Source: an uncultured Alphaproteobacteria bacterium
GTDB taxonomy: Bacteria; Pseudomonadota; Alphaproteobacteria; HIMB59; GCA-002718135
DNA length: 64,000 nt
Assembly: GCA_902567135.1 (NCBI GenBank)
Contig: CACFLO010000004.1
Location: forward strand, 1,023 to 65,022
Direction: 5' to 3'
The translations under genes and the position numbers were made by a program. Under the pieces are notes generated by a model. The model saw nothing but the letters and a program-made list of their open reading frames with translations. It ran no database searches and was not told the origin of the DNA. Positions 55,301-64,000 of the stretch are shown here, one piece after another (position 1 is the stretch's first letter; each line of letters starts with the position of its first letter).

Positions 55301-55723
55301 GTGAGTAAGAAATTAGTTGCTTTTACAATAAGTAAGCTTGATCAAGCTGAAGACATTATTTTAGAGTCTAAAATCTATAAAATAAAACCTATACTTCATT
55401 TTAAATATTATATTCTTAGTGGCTTTGGTCCTGAATATGTTTTGATTTTTCAAAAAGCGCTAATTTCAAAGTTTGGAAAATCAAGCTTTAAATTATTCAT
55501 TGATTGTGGTTTTGACAGTAGCCTAGGTATAAGAATGGCAATAAAAAAAATTGAATATATAAAACTTAGGGGTAATTCGATTATTTTAAAAAAAATTAGA
55601 GATATAGCATATAAAAATAGAGTTTTATTAAATCCTTCTTTTAATATAGTAGACTGCAGAAATATAAAAAATATTAATTTAAAAATTAAAAAAATATACT
55701 CTAGGAAAAAAAATGAAAATTGA
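55301..55723 (+). CDS. Hypothetical protein (140 aa, GTG start)
   Basis: Open frame abutting the gap stop (TAG|GTG) and overlapping the efp ATG by 11 nt. Soluble, Lys/Ile-rich; I recognise no motif. Confidence 0.45.
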   Translation: MSKKLVAFTISKLDQAEDIILESKIYKIKPILHFKYYILSGFGPEYVLIFQKALISKFGKSSFKLFIDCGFDSSLGIRMAIKKIEYIKLRGNSIILKKIRDIAYKNRVLLNPSFNIVDCRNIKNINLKIKKIYSRKKNEN

Positions 55724-56282
55724 TGGCAATCAAATTAAGGTTGGAAATATTTTAGAAATTAATTCTAAATTGTGGCGAGTATTAAAAACTCAACACACAC
55801 AACCAGGTAAGGGAGGTGCCTATTTACAGGTTGAGATGAAAGAAATTCGAGAAGGCACAAAAATGAATGAAAGATTTAGATCCTCTGAAAGTGTAGAAAG
55901 AGCTATTCTGGATGAAAAAATTTGTCAATTTTTATACTCTGAAAATAATAAGTTTGTTTTCATGGATAACTCAACATACGAACAGATTGAGATTGGTGAT
56001 GATATAATAACAGAAAATCAATCTAAATTTTTAATCGAAAACGATAATATTAATCTTCAATTTTATGAAGGATCAGTTGTTGGTTTAGAGCTGCCTGATA
56101 ATATAATTTTAAAAGTTGAAGAGACTGAAGCAGTAGTCAAAGGTCAAACTGCTGCGTCATCATATAAGCCTGCCATATTAACTGGAGGAATAAAAACTTC
56201 TGTGCCACCCTTTATATCGACTGAAGACTACATAGTAATTAGTACCACAAATTCAAGTTATGTTGAAAAAGTAAAAAAATGA
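55713..56282 (+). CDS. efp: Elongation factor P
   Basis: 189 aa; KVGNILEINSKLWRVLKTQHTQPGKGGAYLQVEMK, with the conserved loop Lys33 in PGKGG. Confidence 0.95.
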   Translation: MKIDGNQIKVGNILEINSKLWRVLKTQHTQPGKGGAYLQVEMKEIREGTKMNERFRSSESVERAILDEKICQFLYSENNKFVFMDNSTYEQIEIGDDIITENQSKFLIENDNINLQFYEGSVVGLELPDNIILKVEETEAVVKGQTAASSYKPAILTGGIKTSVPPFISTEDYIVISTTNSSYVEKVKK

Positions 56283-57058
56283 TGTTGCCATCGACAATCA
56301 ATATTTTTGAAAAAGCAGCAAGAAAAGCTGGTAGAATACTAACACGTGATTTTGGTGAAATAGAAAATTTACAAATACAGTCAAAAAATGTTGGTGACTT
56401 TGTTACTAGTGCTGATTTAAAAGTTGAGAAATCTTTAATAGAAACCTTAAGATATTATTATCCTAAAGTTAATTTTTTAACTGAAGAATCAGGTTATATT
56501 CAAGGTGAAGGGGAGATGATAGTTATAGATCCAATTGATGGAACTACAAACTTTATTCATGGAATTCCTCTTGTTGCAATCGTAATTGCAAAAATAGTAA
56601 AAAATGAAATAACTGATGGTGTTGTTTATAATCCTATTTTAAATGAATTTTATTGGGCATCTTTAGGGAAAGGTTCTTGGTGCAACAATAAACGATTAAG
56701 GGTTTCAAAAAGACATGATTTAACAAGTTGCTTGATAGGAACAGGGATTCCTTTTGGAAATAGAGTTTATAAAAACTTTTACAAAGAACTAGATAATATG
56801 TCAAAAAATTCTGCCGGAGTAAGAAGATTAGGCGCTGCTGCTTTAGATTTAGCATATGTCGCCTCTGGCAAAATTGATGGTTTCTGGGAAAGAGATCTAA
56901 ATTTATGGGATATCTCTTCCGGTGTCTTACTTGTAAAAGAGGCTGGTGGTAAAATATCAGAGCCAGATGGAAAAAAATGGACAACAAATTCAAGAGATAT
57001 AGTTGCTTCTAACTCTTTAATTCATAAGAAATTGACAGAAAATCTAACTTTACTTTAA
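56279..57058 (+). CDS. suhB: Inositol monophosphatase family protein (SuhB-like)
   Basis: 259 aa; FLTEESG, VIDPIDGTTNFIHG, WDISSGVLLVKEAGG. Confidence 0.9.
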   Translation: MMLPSTINIFEKAARKAGRILTRDFGEIENLQIQSKNVGDFVTSADLKVEKSLIETLRYYYPKVNFLTEESGYIQGEGEMIVIDPIDGTTNFIHGIPLVAIVIAKIVKNEITDGVVYNPILNEFYWASLGKGSWCNNKRLRVSKRHDLTSCLIGTGIPFGNRVYKNFYKELDNMSKNSAGVRRLGAAALDLAYVASGKIDGFWERDLNLWDISSGVLLVKEAGGKISEPDGKKWTTNSRDIVASNSLIHKKLTENLTLL

Positions 57059-57085
57059 AATATATTTGACTATAAGACTTCATAA

Positions 57086-57313
57086 ATGAAAAAAAATATA
57101 CATCCAGATTACCATGAAATAAATGTTGTAATGACTGATGGATCAACATTTAAGACAAATTCTACATGGGGCAAAGAAAACGACACACTCAAGTTGGATA
57201 TTGACCCAAAGTCTCATCCTGCTTGGACTGGTGGAAAAGCAAATTTAAACGAAGCTGAAGGACAGGTAGCAAGATTTCAGAAACGTTTTAAAGGTGTAAA
57301 AATATCTAAATAA
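57086..57313 (+). CDS. rpmE: 50S ribosomal protein L31 (Cys-less alphaproteobacterial type)
   Basis: 75 aa; [50 protein letters not shown]. Confidence 0.93.
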   Translation: MKKNIHPDYHEINVVMTDGSTFKTNSTWGKENDTLKLDIDPKSHPAWTGGKANLNEAEGQVARFQKRFKGVKISK

Positions 57314-57502
57314 TTATTTAAAATATTTTTTGGCTTCATTTATAGAGCTTTCTTTAAGACTAATTTCCTCTTTAACTCTTTTAATTTCTTCTTGAAGTTC
57401 AAAAATATATTGTTTTAAATGTTCTATACTCAAATCCTCTAAATTAAGGCTTTTTACAGTCTTTTCCTTTTCATTAATTTCTAAAAAATCTATCATAAAC
57501 AA
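57314..57502 (-). CDS. DUF1192-like small coiled-coil protein
   Basis: 62 aa; LEDLSIEHLKQYIFELQEEIKRVKEEISLKESSINEAKKYFK matches the DUF1192 pattern (DLSVEELEERIA.LEAEI.R...). Confidence 0.6.
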   Translation of the reverse strand: MFMIDFLEINEKEKTVKSLNLEDLSIEHLKQYIFELQEEIKRVKEEISLKESSINEAKKYFK

Positions 57503-57566
57503 TTATTTTATATTAAATTGATAGGAATATATTTATAAGAGTTTTTTTTTTATTAAAGGATAAAAT

Positions 57567-58151
57567 ATGAAATTACCACTTATGCCAAAAGCAACAGCAA
57601 TATGGCTGATAGACAATACTTCACTTAGTTTTGATCAAATATCTGAATTTTGTGGCCTTCATGAATTAGAAGTTCAAGGAATAGCAGATGGTGAGGTTGC
57701 TGTAGGTATGCGTGGTTATGATCCAATTGATAATAAACAACTAACAAAAGAAGAGATAGTAAGATGTGAAAGTGATCCTAAAGCTAGATTAAATTTAATT
57801 TCTTCAGAGGTAATTGACTCCCTTCCTCCAAGAAAAAAGGACTCTAAATATACCCCATTATCATTGAGACAAGAAAAGCCATATGCAATATTTTGGCTAA
57901 TTAAAAGATATCCTGATGAATTAAGTAGCTCACAAATTGCAAAACTAACTGGATCTACTAAAAATACAGTTGAAGCAATTCGTAATGGAACTTTTAGAGA
58001 AGCAATACTTGAAGCAAAAAGCCCAATGGATACAGGCCTTTGCACATTTCAAGATCTTGAAAAAGCCCTTAATCGTGCTAAAAATAAAAAAGATAGGGAA
58101 GAAGCTGCAGCGGCTAAGGCAAAATTATTAGCTGAGACTGAATCTAATTAA
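57567..58151 (+). CDS. DUF1013 domain-containing protein (conserved alphaproteobacterial)
   Basis: 194 aa; PLMPKATAIWLIDNTSLSFDQISEFCGLHELEVQGIADGEVA matches the highly conserved DUF1013 N-terminus. Confidence 0.75.
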   Translation: MKLPLMPKATAIWLIDNTSLSFDQISEFCGLHELEVQGIADGEVAVGMRGYDPIDNKQLTKEEIVRCESDPKARLNLISSEVIDSLPPRKKDSKYTPLSLRQEKPYAIFWLIKRYPDELSSSQIAKLTGSTKNTVEAIRNGTFREAILEAKSPMDTGLCTFQDLEKALNRAKNKKDREEAAAAKAKLLAETESN

Positions 58152-58662
58152 ATTTTACTTTCAACAAATAATTTAAATAAAAAAACATTAAAAATAACCA
58201 AAAAGTCGTCATTAAAATAAAAAAGAGCAATAATTGATTGATATCAATCAGTCCAAGTGGACTACCTGAATAATAAGTTAATGGACCTAAAACTGCACTA
58301 AGTAAAAGAGCTATTAATTTATATTTTGATAAAAAAACAAATACTTCATCAAATAAAGATGCAAAGCTTGGCCATAGAACAACCATCCATATAGGCAACC
58401 ATCCAAAATATAAAGATGACTCAAAATTATATATTTTAAAATGTACTAATATTGAGTCAAATAAATATCCAACCACTGAAATTGAAAATACTATAAAGGT
58501 AAATTTCCATTTATTTTGTGAATATGTGAAAGCTAAAAATAAAAAAATTAGACCACAAATTAATCCTAGTAAAAAACTTTTATACAAAATTTCACCAAAA
58601 ACACACATGAGCCATGTTAATTGATAACCAGAGAGCATAAAAAAGATTTTTATTTTGCTCAT
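58144..58662 (-). CDS. Integral membrane protein, DUF2878-like, last gene of the photolyase/lipid operon
   Basis: 172 aa, about 5 TM helices; overlaps the cfa-like gene stop by 4 nt. The family name comes from remembered co-occurrence with cfa clusters and is not verified. Confidence 0.55.
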   Translation of the reverse strand: MSKIKIFFMLSGYQLTWLMCVFGEILYKSFLLGLICGLIFLFLAFTYSQNKWKFTFIVFSISVVGYLFDSILVHFKIYNFESSLYFGWLPIWMVVLWPSFASLFDEVFVFLSKYKLIALLLSAVLGPLTYYSGSPLGLIDINQLLLFFILMTTFWLFLMFFYLNYLLKVKFN

Positions 58663-59849
58663 TTTGTAATAAGAAAATGAGATACATCCGTTGACTGACT
58701 TATGAAGCCTGTTTCACAATAAGCTAAATAAAACTCCCACATTCTTTTAAACCTATCATTAAATCCAAGCTTAACTAAATCATTCCATGAACTTTGAAAT
58801 TGTGTATTCCATAGATTTAAAGTTTTAGCGTATGATAAGCCAAAACTTTTTATTTCTTTAAAATCAAGACCTACTTTGTTATTTATTTCTAAAAGTTCTT
58901 TTTTAGTTGGAAGCATTCCACCGGGGAAAATATACTGCTGAATAAAATCTGGTTGATTTTGATAATTTAAAGATCTTTTTTCATCTATTGTAATGATTTG
59001 CAATGCTGCTTTGCCAGAATTTATTAAAGAGTTGCTAACAATATTAAAGTACTTTTCCCAATATTTTTTTCCTACAGCTTCAAACATTTCTATAGAGGCT
59101 ATATTGGAATATTGAGTATCAATATCTCTATAATCCTTAAATTTAATTGATACTTTTTCTCCCAAACCTTCTTTTTGAATTTTATTTGACGCATATTCAT
59201 ATTGCTCCTTAGATATAGTAATTGCATCAATTTTAGATTTAAAGTTTTTTGCGGCATATGTGGAAAATCCCCCCCAACCACAACCTATTTCAAGGACTTT
59301 AGAATTCTCATTTAAATTGAGTGATTCTGCTATTTTTTGATATTTATTTAATTGAGCATCAAATAAATTTTGATTTTCCTTTTCAAAATATGCTGAAGAG
59401 TAAGTCATGCTTCTGTCTAGCCACTTTGTATAAAAATTATTACCTAGATCATAATGATACTGAATATTTTTTTTACTTTGAGACTTTGTGTTTTCATTAA
59501 GAAAATGTTTAAATTTAGAATAAATATTAAAAAAAATATTTGATTTTAAATTTACTAAGAAATGATTTTCATTTCTAAATGCTAGCAATAATAAATTAGT
59601 TAAATTAGAAGAACTAAAATCACCGTCCATGTATGACTCTGCAAATCCAACTGATTTTCTCTTTAAAATTTTGGAAATAAATTTGTAATTATTTATAGTT
59701 AAATCTGCTTTATGCGCACTGTTAATTCCTGTAAATAATTGCATAGAGCCAGAGGGAAAAGTTACTAATAATTCTCCATATTTAATTTTTGAAAGAAATT
59801 TTTGCGAAACAATTTCAAATGGTGGTTTAAATTTATTATATAAATGCAT
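58659..59849 (-). CDS. Cyclopropane-fatty-acyl-phospholipid synthase family SAM-dependent methyltransferase (Cfa/UfaM-like)
   Basis: 396 aa; QYHYDLGNNFY, SAM motif VLEIGCGWGGF, SIEMFEAVG, C-terminal LAYCETGF. Confidence 0.88.
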   Translation of the reverse strand: MHLYNKFKPPFEIVSQKFLSKIKYGELLVTFPSGSMQLFTGINSAHKADLTINNYKFISKILKRKSVGFAESYMDGDFSSSNLTNLLLLAFRNENHFLVNLKSNIFFNIYSKFKHFLNENTKSQSKKNIQYHYDLGNNFYTKWLDRSMTYSSAYFEKENQNLFDAQLNKYQKIAESLNLNENSKVLEIGCGWGGFSTYAAKNFKSKIDAITISKEQYEYASNKIQKEGLGEKVSIKFKDYRDIDTQYSNIASIEMFEAVGKKYWEKYFNIVSNSLINSGKAALQIITIDEKRSLNYQNQPDFIQQYIFPGGMLPTKKELLEINNKVGLDFKEIKSFGLSYAKTLNLWNTQFQSSWNDLVKLGFNDRFKRMWEFYLAYCETGFISQSTDVSHFLITK

Positions 59850-60622
59850 TAAAAACTTCCCTCAAATGATATGGTATCTTTTGGTTTTTTCTTTCTAGCA
59901 TAATATTTTCCACCTTTAAAAATAATTATTATAGCCTCAAACAAGATGGCAGAAATTATTTTAAAGCCAAATAGTGGGTTTAAAAGATTATATTTTAATA
60001 ATTTAGATACTTTGAAATCTATAAATTTGCCTGATTGTGAAGCCATAAGTATTTTTTTATTATTATTATCATATAGATCTATAATAATATTTATATAGTC
60101 ATTGGTTAATTTATTTGTAAATAAATACTTACCTTTCATTCCAATAAAAGGAGAAACATAAAAATTTTTTTGACATTCATGAGTTAAGGCTTTTAAAATT
60201 TTACTATTCCCTCTTGCAAATATATAAGTATGTTGTTCATTGGAGGTGTTTTTAACTTCATAAAATATTGAGATTAATTTATCTTCATCATAACAATAAA
60301 TAATTGAAAGAGGATTAAAAACATATCCAAAAATTCTGGGAAAACAAAGTATTTTAATTTTTAAATTCCTATACTTTACATCATAGTTTTGTAACATTTC
60401 AATTATAAATTCTTTGATCGATCTTTCATCTCTATATCCATGATCTTTTTCATTAAAAGAAAATATATTAAATGAATTTACTGAAAAAATTTTTGATTTT
60501 GATTGTATTATTTCTAGCTCATCAAGATCTACAAATAAACTTGGTACTTTATATTTAAAAAAATGCTTAATGTTTCCATAACGTTTATGAACTATTGAAG
60601 AAACTATAATCTTTGTGTTCAT
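59849..60622 (-). CDS. DUF1365 family protein (UfaO-like)
   Basis: 257 aa; VHKRYGNIKHFFKYKVPSLFVDLDEL and ...RIFGYVFNPLSIIYCYD are the typical DUF1365 signature. Positioned between the FAD oxidoreductase and cfa. Confidence 0.75.
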   Translation of the reverse strand: MNTKIIVSSIVHKRYGNIKHFFKYKVPSLFVDLDELEIIQSKSKIFSVNSFNIFSFNEKDHGYRDERSIKEFIIEMLQNYDVKYRNLKIKILCFPRIFGYVFNPLSIIYCYDEDKLISIFYEVKNTSNEQHTYIFARGNSKILKALTHECQKNFYVSPFIGMKGKYLFTNKLTNDYINIIIDLYDNNNKKILMASQSGKFIDFKVSKLLKYNLLNPLFGFKIISAILFEAIIIIFKGGKYYARKKKPKDTISFEGSF

Positions 60623-60627
60623 TTGAT

Positions 60628-61923
60628 TTAATACAATAGTCTATTATAAAATTTATTATCTCTTTTCCAAGGGATATCGACATTCAACATTTTTGCAATA
60701 TAGGCAGCTGATTGAATTCCATCTTCATGAAATCCATATCCATGATAGGCTCCACAAAAGAATGTATTATTAACTCCTTGTAAATATTTTAATTTTTTTT
60801 GAGACTTCATCGTTTGTAAATTAAATTTTGGATGTGTAAAAGATACCTCATTATGTATAGTTTTTGGTATTCTGTCAGGATTAATTGTTACAAAATATTC
60901 TTTTTTAGTTTTTAATTTTTGTAGGTTATTCATCCAATAAGTTAATGTAAAGTTTATATCTTCTTTTTTGCTTTTAATAAAATTCCAACTAGACCATGTT
61001 TTTATATTTTTGGGCATTATTGATTTGTCTGAGTGAAGATATGCTCTATTCATAGTATATTCAAATTCTGATAAGATTTTTTTTTCATCATTTGTAGGAT
61101 TGTCAATTATTTTTAAAGCTTGATCTGCATGAGTAGCAATAACAATATAATCGAATGAAAACTCTTCACCATTTTTAATTATTTTTACATAATTATCAGA
61201 TCTGACTATCTTATTTATTTTTGTATTAAGAGTATAATTAAATTTTTTCAGATTTAAAATTTTTTTGATGTATGAATTACTACCTCCTTCAACATATTTC
61301 CACTGAGGTCTATATTTGAAATTAAATAAGTCATGATTATTAAAAAAGTTTAAAAACAACTTTAGAGGAAAATTTTTTACATCGTTTTGATTCGTAGACC
61401 AAATTGATGATATTAAAGGATAAATATGAAGTTTTTTTAAATATGCAGAAAAATTATTACTATTAAGAAAGTCTTCGATAGTAAAATTATTATTAATATT
61501 TTCTAATTTTGAATTTCTGCATAATTTATAGAAACGATAAATTTCATAAATCATTTTTAAATAACTAATATTAAAAATATTTTTATATTGTGCAAATAAG
61601 GATTTAAGATTTTTTCCACCGTACTCAATATTATAATTAATATCTGACACAGCAAATGACATATCTGAATTCATTGTTTGAACATTTAAATGATCAAAAA
61701 ATTTAATTAAATCTGGATAATTTTTATCATTAAAAACAATAAAACCTGTATCTATAGAAATATTATTATCTGTTTTTACTTTTACAGTCCTTGTATGACC
61801 ACCTAAATATTTATTTTGTTCAAATAGATGAACATCATATTTTGATGATAGAAAATAAGATGCACTAATTCCAGCAATACCTGATCCAATTACAGCAATT
61901 TTTTTTTTAGAAACTTTATTCAC
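60628..61923 (-). CDS. NAD(P)/FAD-dependent oxidoreductase, amine-oxidase-like (UfaD-like)
   Basis: 431 aa; N-terminal dinucleotide fold KIAVIGSGIAGISASYFL...EQNKYLGGHT; C-terminal FFCGAYHGYGFHEDG. Confidence 0.85.
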   Translation of the reverse strand: MNKVSKKKIAVIGSGIAGISASYFLSSKYDVHLFEQNKYLGGHTRTVKVKTDNNISIDTGFIVFNDKNYPDLIKFFDHLNVQTMNSDMSFAVSDINYNIEYGGKNLKSLFAQYKNIFNISYLKMIYEIYRFYKLCRNSKLENINNNFTIEDFLNSNNFSAYLKKLHIYPLISSIWSTNQNDVKNFPLKLFLNFFNNHDLFNFKYRPQWKYVEGGSNSYIKKILNLKKFNYTLNTKINKIVRSDNYVKIIKNGEEFSFDYIVIATHADQALKIIDNPTNDEKKILSEFEYTMNRAYLHSDKSIMPKNIKTWSSWNFIKSKKEDINFTLTYWMNNLQKLKTKKEYFVTINPDRIPKTIHNEVSFTHPKFNLQTMKSQKKLKYLQGVNNTFFCGAYHGYGFHEDGIQSAAYIAKMLNVDIPWKRDNKFYNRLLY

Positions 61924-63340
61924 TTATTTTTTTAAAAGCAGCTAAAGCTCTTTTTCTTGTTTCATTTAAATCAATGATTGGTTTGGGATAATCTCTTCCT
62001 AAAATAAAATTATATCTTTCTTGTTCTTCAACTGTCATTTCCCATGGGGAATGAATAAATTTTTCAGGGATTTTATCTAACGAAGGTAAATATTTTTTTA
62101 CATATTGTCCTTTAGGATCAAATTTTTTACCCTGTAATATAGGATTAAAAATTCTAAAGTATGGGCTGGCATCTGCCCCACTACCTGCAATCCATTGCCA
62201 TCCTGCTGTATTGGATCCAATATCTGCATCAACTAAAGTATCAAAAAACCACCTTTCCCCTTCTTTCCAATGAATTAAAAGATTTTTTGTTAAAAAGGAG
62301 CCAACAATCATTCTTACTCTATTATGCATCCAACCCATTTCATATAGCTCTTTCATTCCTGCATCAACAATTGGAATTCCAGTTTTTCCTAATTTCCAAG
62401 TATGTAAATTTTTTTTATCTCTTAACCATGGAAATTTTTTAAATTTTGATTGGATTGGAAACTCAGTCATTGCAGGATAATTAAACAAAAGATTATATGA
62501 AAAATCTCTCCACCCAATTTCTGATAAAAATTTCTTTTTATTATTTACGTCAATATTAGATTTCATTACTTCATTATAAATTCTTAATGGAGAAATTTCT
62601 CCATAATGTAAGTGTGGAGAAATTTTTGATGTAAAATTACTATCAGGTCTATCTCTGCCAGTGCTATAATTAAATAATTTGTTGTTTATAAATTTTTTAA
62701 GTTTTAACTTAGCTGCATTTTCACCTATATCCCAATACGAGAGTATTCTATTCATCCATTCTTTTTTAGGTATATTTAATTGTAATTCCTCTATTTTTAA
62801 AACAGAATTAATATTTTTTTTATAAAAATTATATTTACTTGATGAATTTAGAGATAATTTTTTTTTTAAAAGTATCTCAGAGTTTACTTTCCAAAAAGGT
62901 GTAAAAACTTTAAAAAAATTTCCAGATTTATTTTTTATTTCCCAGGGTTCTGATAATAAATACCCATTGAAGGTATTACAAACAATAGATTTTTTATTCA
63001 AGGAAGATTTTATTTCTTTATCTCTTATAACTGAATATTTATCATATAGTCTATTCCAGCTGAAGTGTGAAATATTTTTATCTTCAATAATTCTATCTAT
63101 GATTTTTTTTGGATTCCCTTTAAAAACATAGAGCTTACTATCAAGTTTAGCTAAATCGTTATTTAAACATTCTAATGATTTTTCTAACCAACATTTAGAT
63201 GCATGCCCTATTTCAATATTTTCTTCATAAATATAAATAGGTATAATTTTATCAACTTCCTTAGAGAGTTCATAAAGTGCAGGATTATCATTTAGTCGTA
63301 AATCTAATCTAAACCAGTGAATTCCTATTTTATCCATCAT
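61916..63340 (-). CDS. phrB: Deoxyribodipyrimidine photolyase (CPD class I type)
   Basis: 474 aa; IHWFRLDLRLNDNPAL, TSKISPHLHYGEIS, GWMHNRVRMIVGSFLTK, DADIGSNTAGWQW. Confidence 0.92.
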   Translation of the reverse strand: MMDKIGIHWFRLDLRLNDNPALYELSKEVDKIIPIYIYEENIEIGHASKCWLEKSLECLNNDLAKLDSKLYVFKGNPKKIIDRIIEDKNISHFSWNRLYDKYSVIRDKEIKSSLNKKSIVCNTFNGYLLSEPWEIKNKSGNFFKVFTPFWKVNSEILLKKKLSLNSSSKYNFYKKNINSVLKIEELQLNIPKKEWMNRILSYWDIGENAAKLKLKKFINNKLFNYSTGRDRPDSNFTSKISPHLHYGEISPLRIYNEVMKSNIDVNNKKKFLSEIGWRDFSYNLLFNYPAMTEFPIQSKFKKFPWLRDKKNLHTWKLGKTGIPIVDAGMKELYEMGWMHNRVRMIVGSFLTKNLLIHWKEGERWFFDTLVDADIGSNTAGWQWIAGSGADASPYFRIFNPILQGKKFDPKGQYVKKYLPSLDKIPEKFIHSPWEMTVEEQERYNFILGRDYPKPIIDLNETRKRALAAFKKISE

Positions 63341-63382
63341 AGATATACAGGTAGGTTATAAAATTTATAAAAAAAGGTAATT

Positions 63383-63577
63383 TTACTTACTATGTGGGGG
63401 CATTTTTTTTTCAACAAACCATACATGCTTCTTAAGAACTGGGTCATATTTTTTCAATCTTAATTTATCTGCAACTTTCATACCTTTTGTTGGTTTTCTA
63501 ACAATATATTTTGTTCCTGTTTTAGGGTTTTCTTCAGGTATAAGCTGCTTTAAAGCATATGATGTTTTTTTTGCCAT
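63383..63577 (-). CDS. rpmG: 50S ribosomal protein L33 (Cys-less, divergent N-terminus)
   Basis: 64 aa; KLRLKKYDPVLKKHVWFVEKK matches the L33 C-terminal signature (R/KKYDPV..KHV.F.E.K). Confidence 0.7.
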   Translation of the reverse strand: MAKKTSYALKQLIPEENPKTGTKYIVRKPTKGMKVADKLRLKKYDPVLKKHVWFVEKKMPPHSK

Positions 63578-63618
63578 GTCGCTCCTATATATTAAAAAAT
63601 ATCTAAATAAAGTATTTT

Positions 63619-64000
63619 TTAGAGATCGTTAACTGTTTGCTTAATATAAGGACTGTACAAACCTTTTTTCTTTGCGATTGATATTTGCTTATTTCTATCA
63701 ATTAAACTCTTTTTCTTAGACTCACTTATTTGACCATAACAATTAGGGCAAGAAACACCCTTGAGATATTTTTTAGATTTTAGTTGATCTTGAGATAAAG
63801 GATATCTGCATGCATGACAAAGTTCATAAGTTCCATCTTTTAGTTCATTTTTCACTGAAACCCTATTATCAAAAACAAAGCATTCTCCATTCCATAATGA
63901 ATTTTTCGAATTCGTTTTTTCCAAATAACTCAAAATTCCACCATGAAGCTGATTAACATCTTTAAAACCTTTTTTTATCATATAAGATGAAATTTTTTCG
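63619..64000 (-). CDS. trhO: Rhodanese-domain tRNA uridine(34) hydroxylase TrhO/YceA-like (C-terminal part; gene continues past the window end)
   Basis: ...EKISSYMIKKGFKDVNQLHGGILSYLE is the end of a rhodanese domain. It is followed by the Cys-rich tail CHACRYPLS...CPNCYG. The frame is open to base 64000. Confidence 0.75.
   Translation of the reverse strand, partial: EKISSYMIKKGFKDVNQLHGGILSYLEKTNSKNSLWNGECFVFDNRVSVKNELKDGTYELCHACRYPLSQDQLKSKKYLKGVSCPNCYGQISESKKKSLIDRNKQISIAKKKGLYSPYIKQTVNDL

Noticed and set aside
57086-57313. Cys-less (zinc-independent) forms of L31 and L33 (63383-63577); considered as an adaptation to zinc scarcity.
   Set aside because: The Cys-less L31 sequence (VVMTDGS...[11 protein letters not shown]) is the normal alphaproteobacterial type, so this is lineage background rather than a special feature of this window.
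63356-63370. Inverted repeat TTATAAA-a-TTTATAA in the 42-nt spacer upstream of phrB; considered as a light-regulator operator.
   Set aside because: It has 7-nt arms made only of A and T in a ~70% AT genome, so it is expected by chance. No regulator gene is adjacent.

Overview
This is an AT-rich (about 30% GC by eye, not computed), extremely gene-dense chromosomal segment. It holds about 75 protein genes and 4 tRNAs. I found no rRNA, CRISPR array or recognisable mobile or defence element. Gene content and synteny are alphaproteobacterial. The streamlining (stop/start overlaps, almost no intergenic DNA) and the alphaproteobacterial DUF1013, DUF1192 and TIGR02186-like proteins suggest a SAR11/Pelagibacterales-type genome; this is inference only.

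Layout:
- (i) 1-16.2 kb, minus strand: one continuous block of tRNA-Tyr, tRNA-Gly, tuf, tRNA-Trp, secE, nusG, rplKAJL, rpoBC, rpsLG, fusA, rpsJ.
- (ii) 17.3-26.0 kb: NAD-linked formate dehydrogenase (fdsA, fused fdsG-fdsB) with a Mo/W-cofactor toolkit (tusA-like, moeA, mobB, orphan tupB-like permease, fdhD, mobA).
- (iii) 26.0-28.6 kb: TauE / TIGR02186-like membrane module plus Usp.
- (iv) 28.6-43.9 kb: housekeeping genes (pyrE, pdxH, fabI, aroC, tlyA, dxs, xseB, rluD-like, rpoH, purA, hisZ, glmM, ftsH, tilS).
- (v) 43.9-49.4 kb: tol-pal cluster, preceded by a 99-aa Hjc-like PD-(D/E)xK nuclease ORF sitting where ruvCAB-ybgC normally lie.
- (vi) yebC, ymdB-like, 5-FCL, zapA/zauP-like, tkt, gap, an orphan ORF, efp, suhB, rpmE.
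- (vii) 58.1-63.3 kb: photolyase plus a UfaD/UfaO/Cfa-like lipid-modification operon, then rpmG and a partial trhO.

Most noteworthy:
- the Hjc-like nuclease in the ruvC slot;
- a 1-nt frameshift in an A7 run near the 3' end of essential dxs;
- an orphan tungstate-type ABC permease translationally coupled to mobB-moeA;
- an FdhD with CxxG instead of CxxC next to a TusA-like gene.

No clear-cut novel multi-gene system is evident. All product calls come from recognising sequences and motifs by eye; no database search was run.
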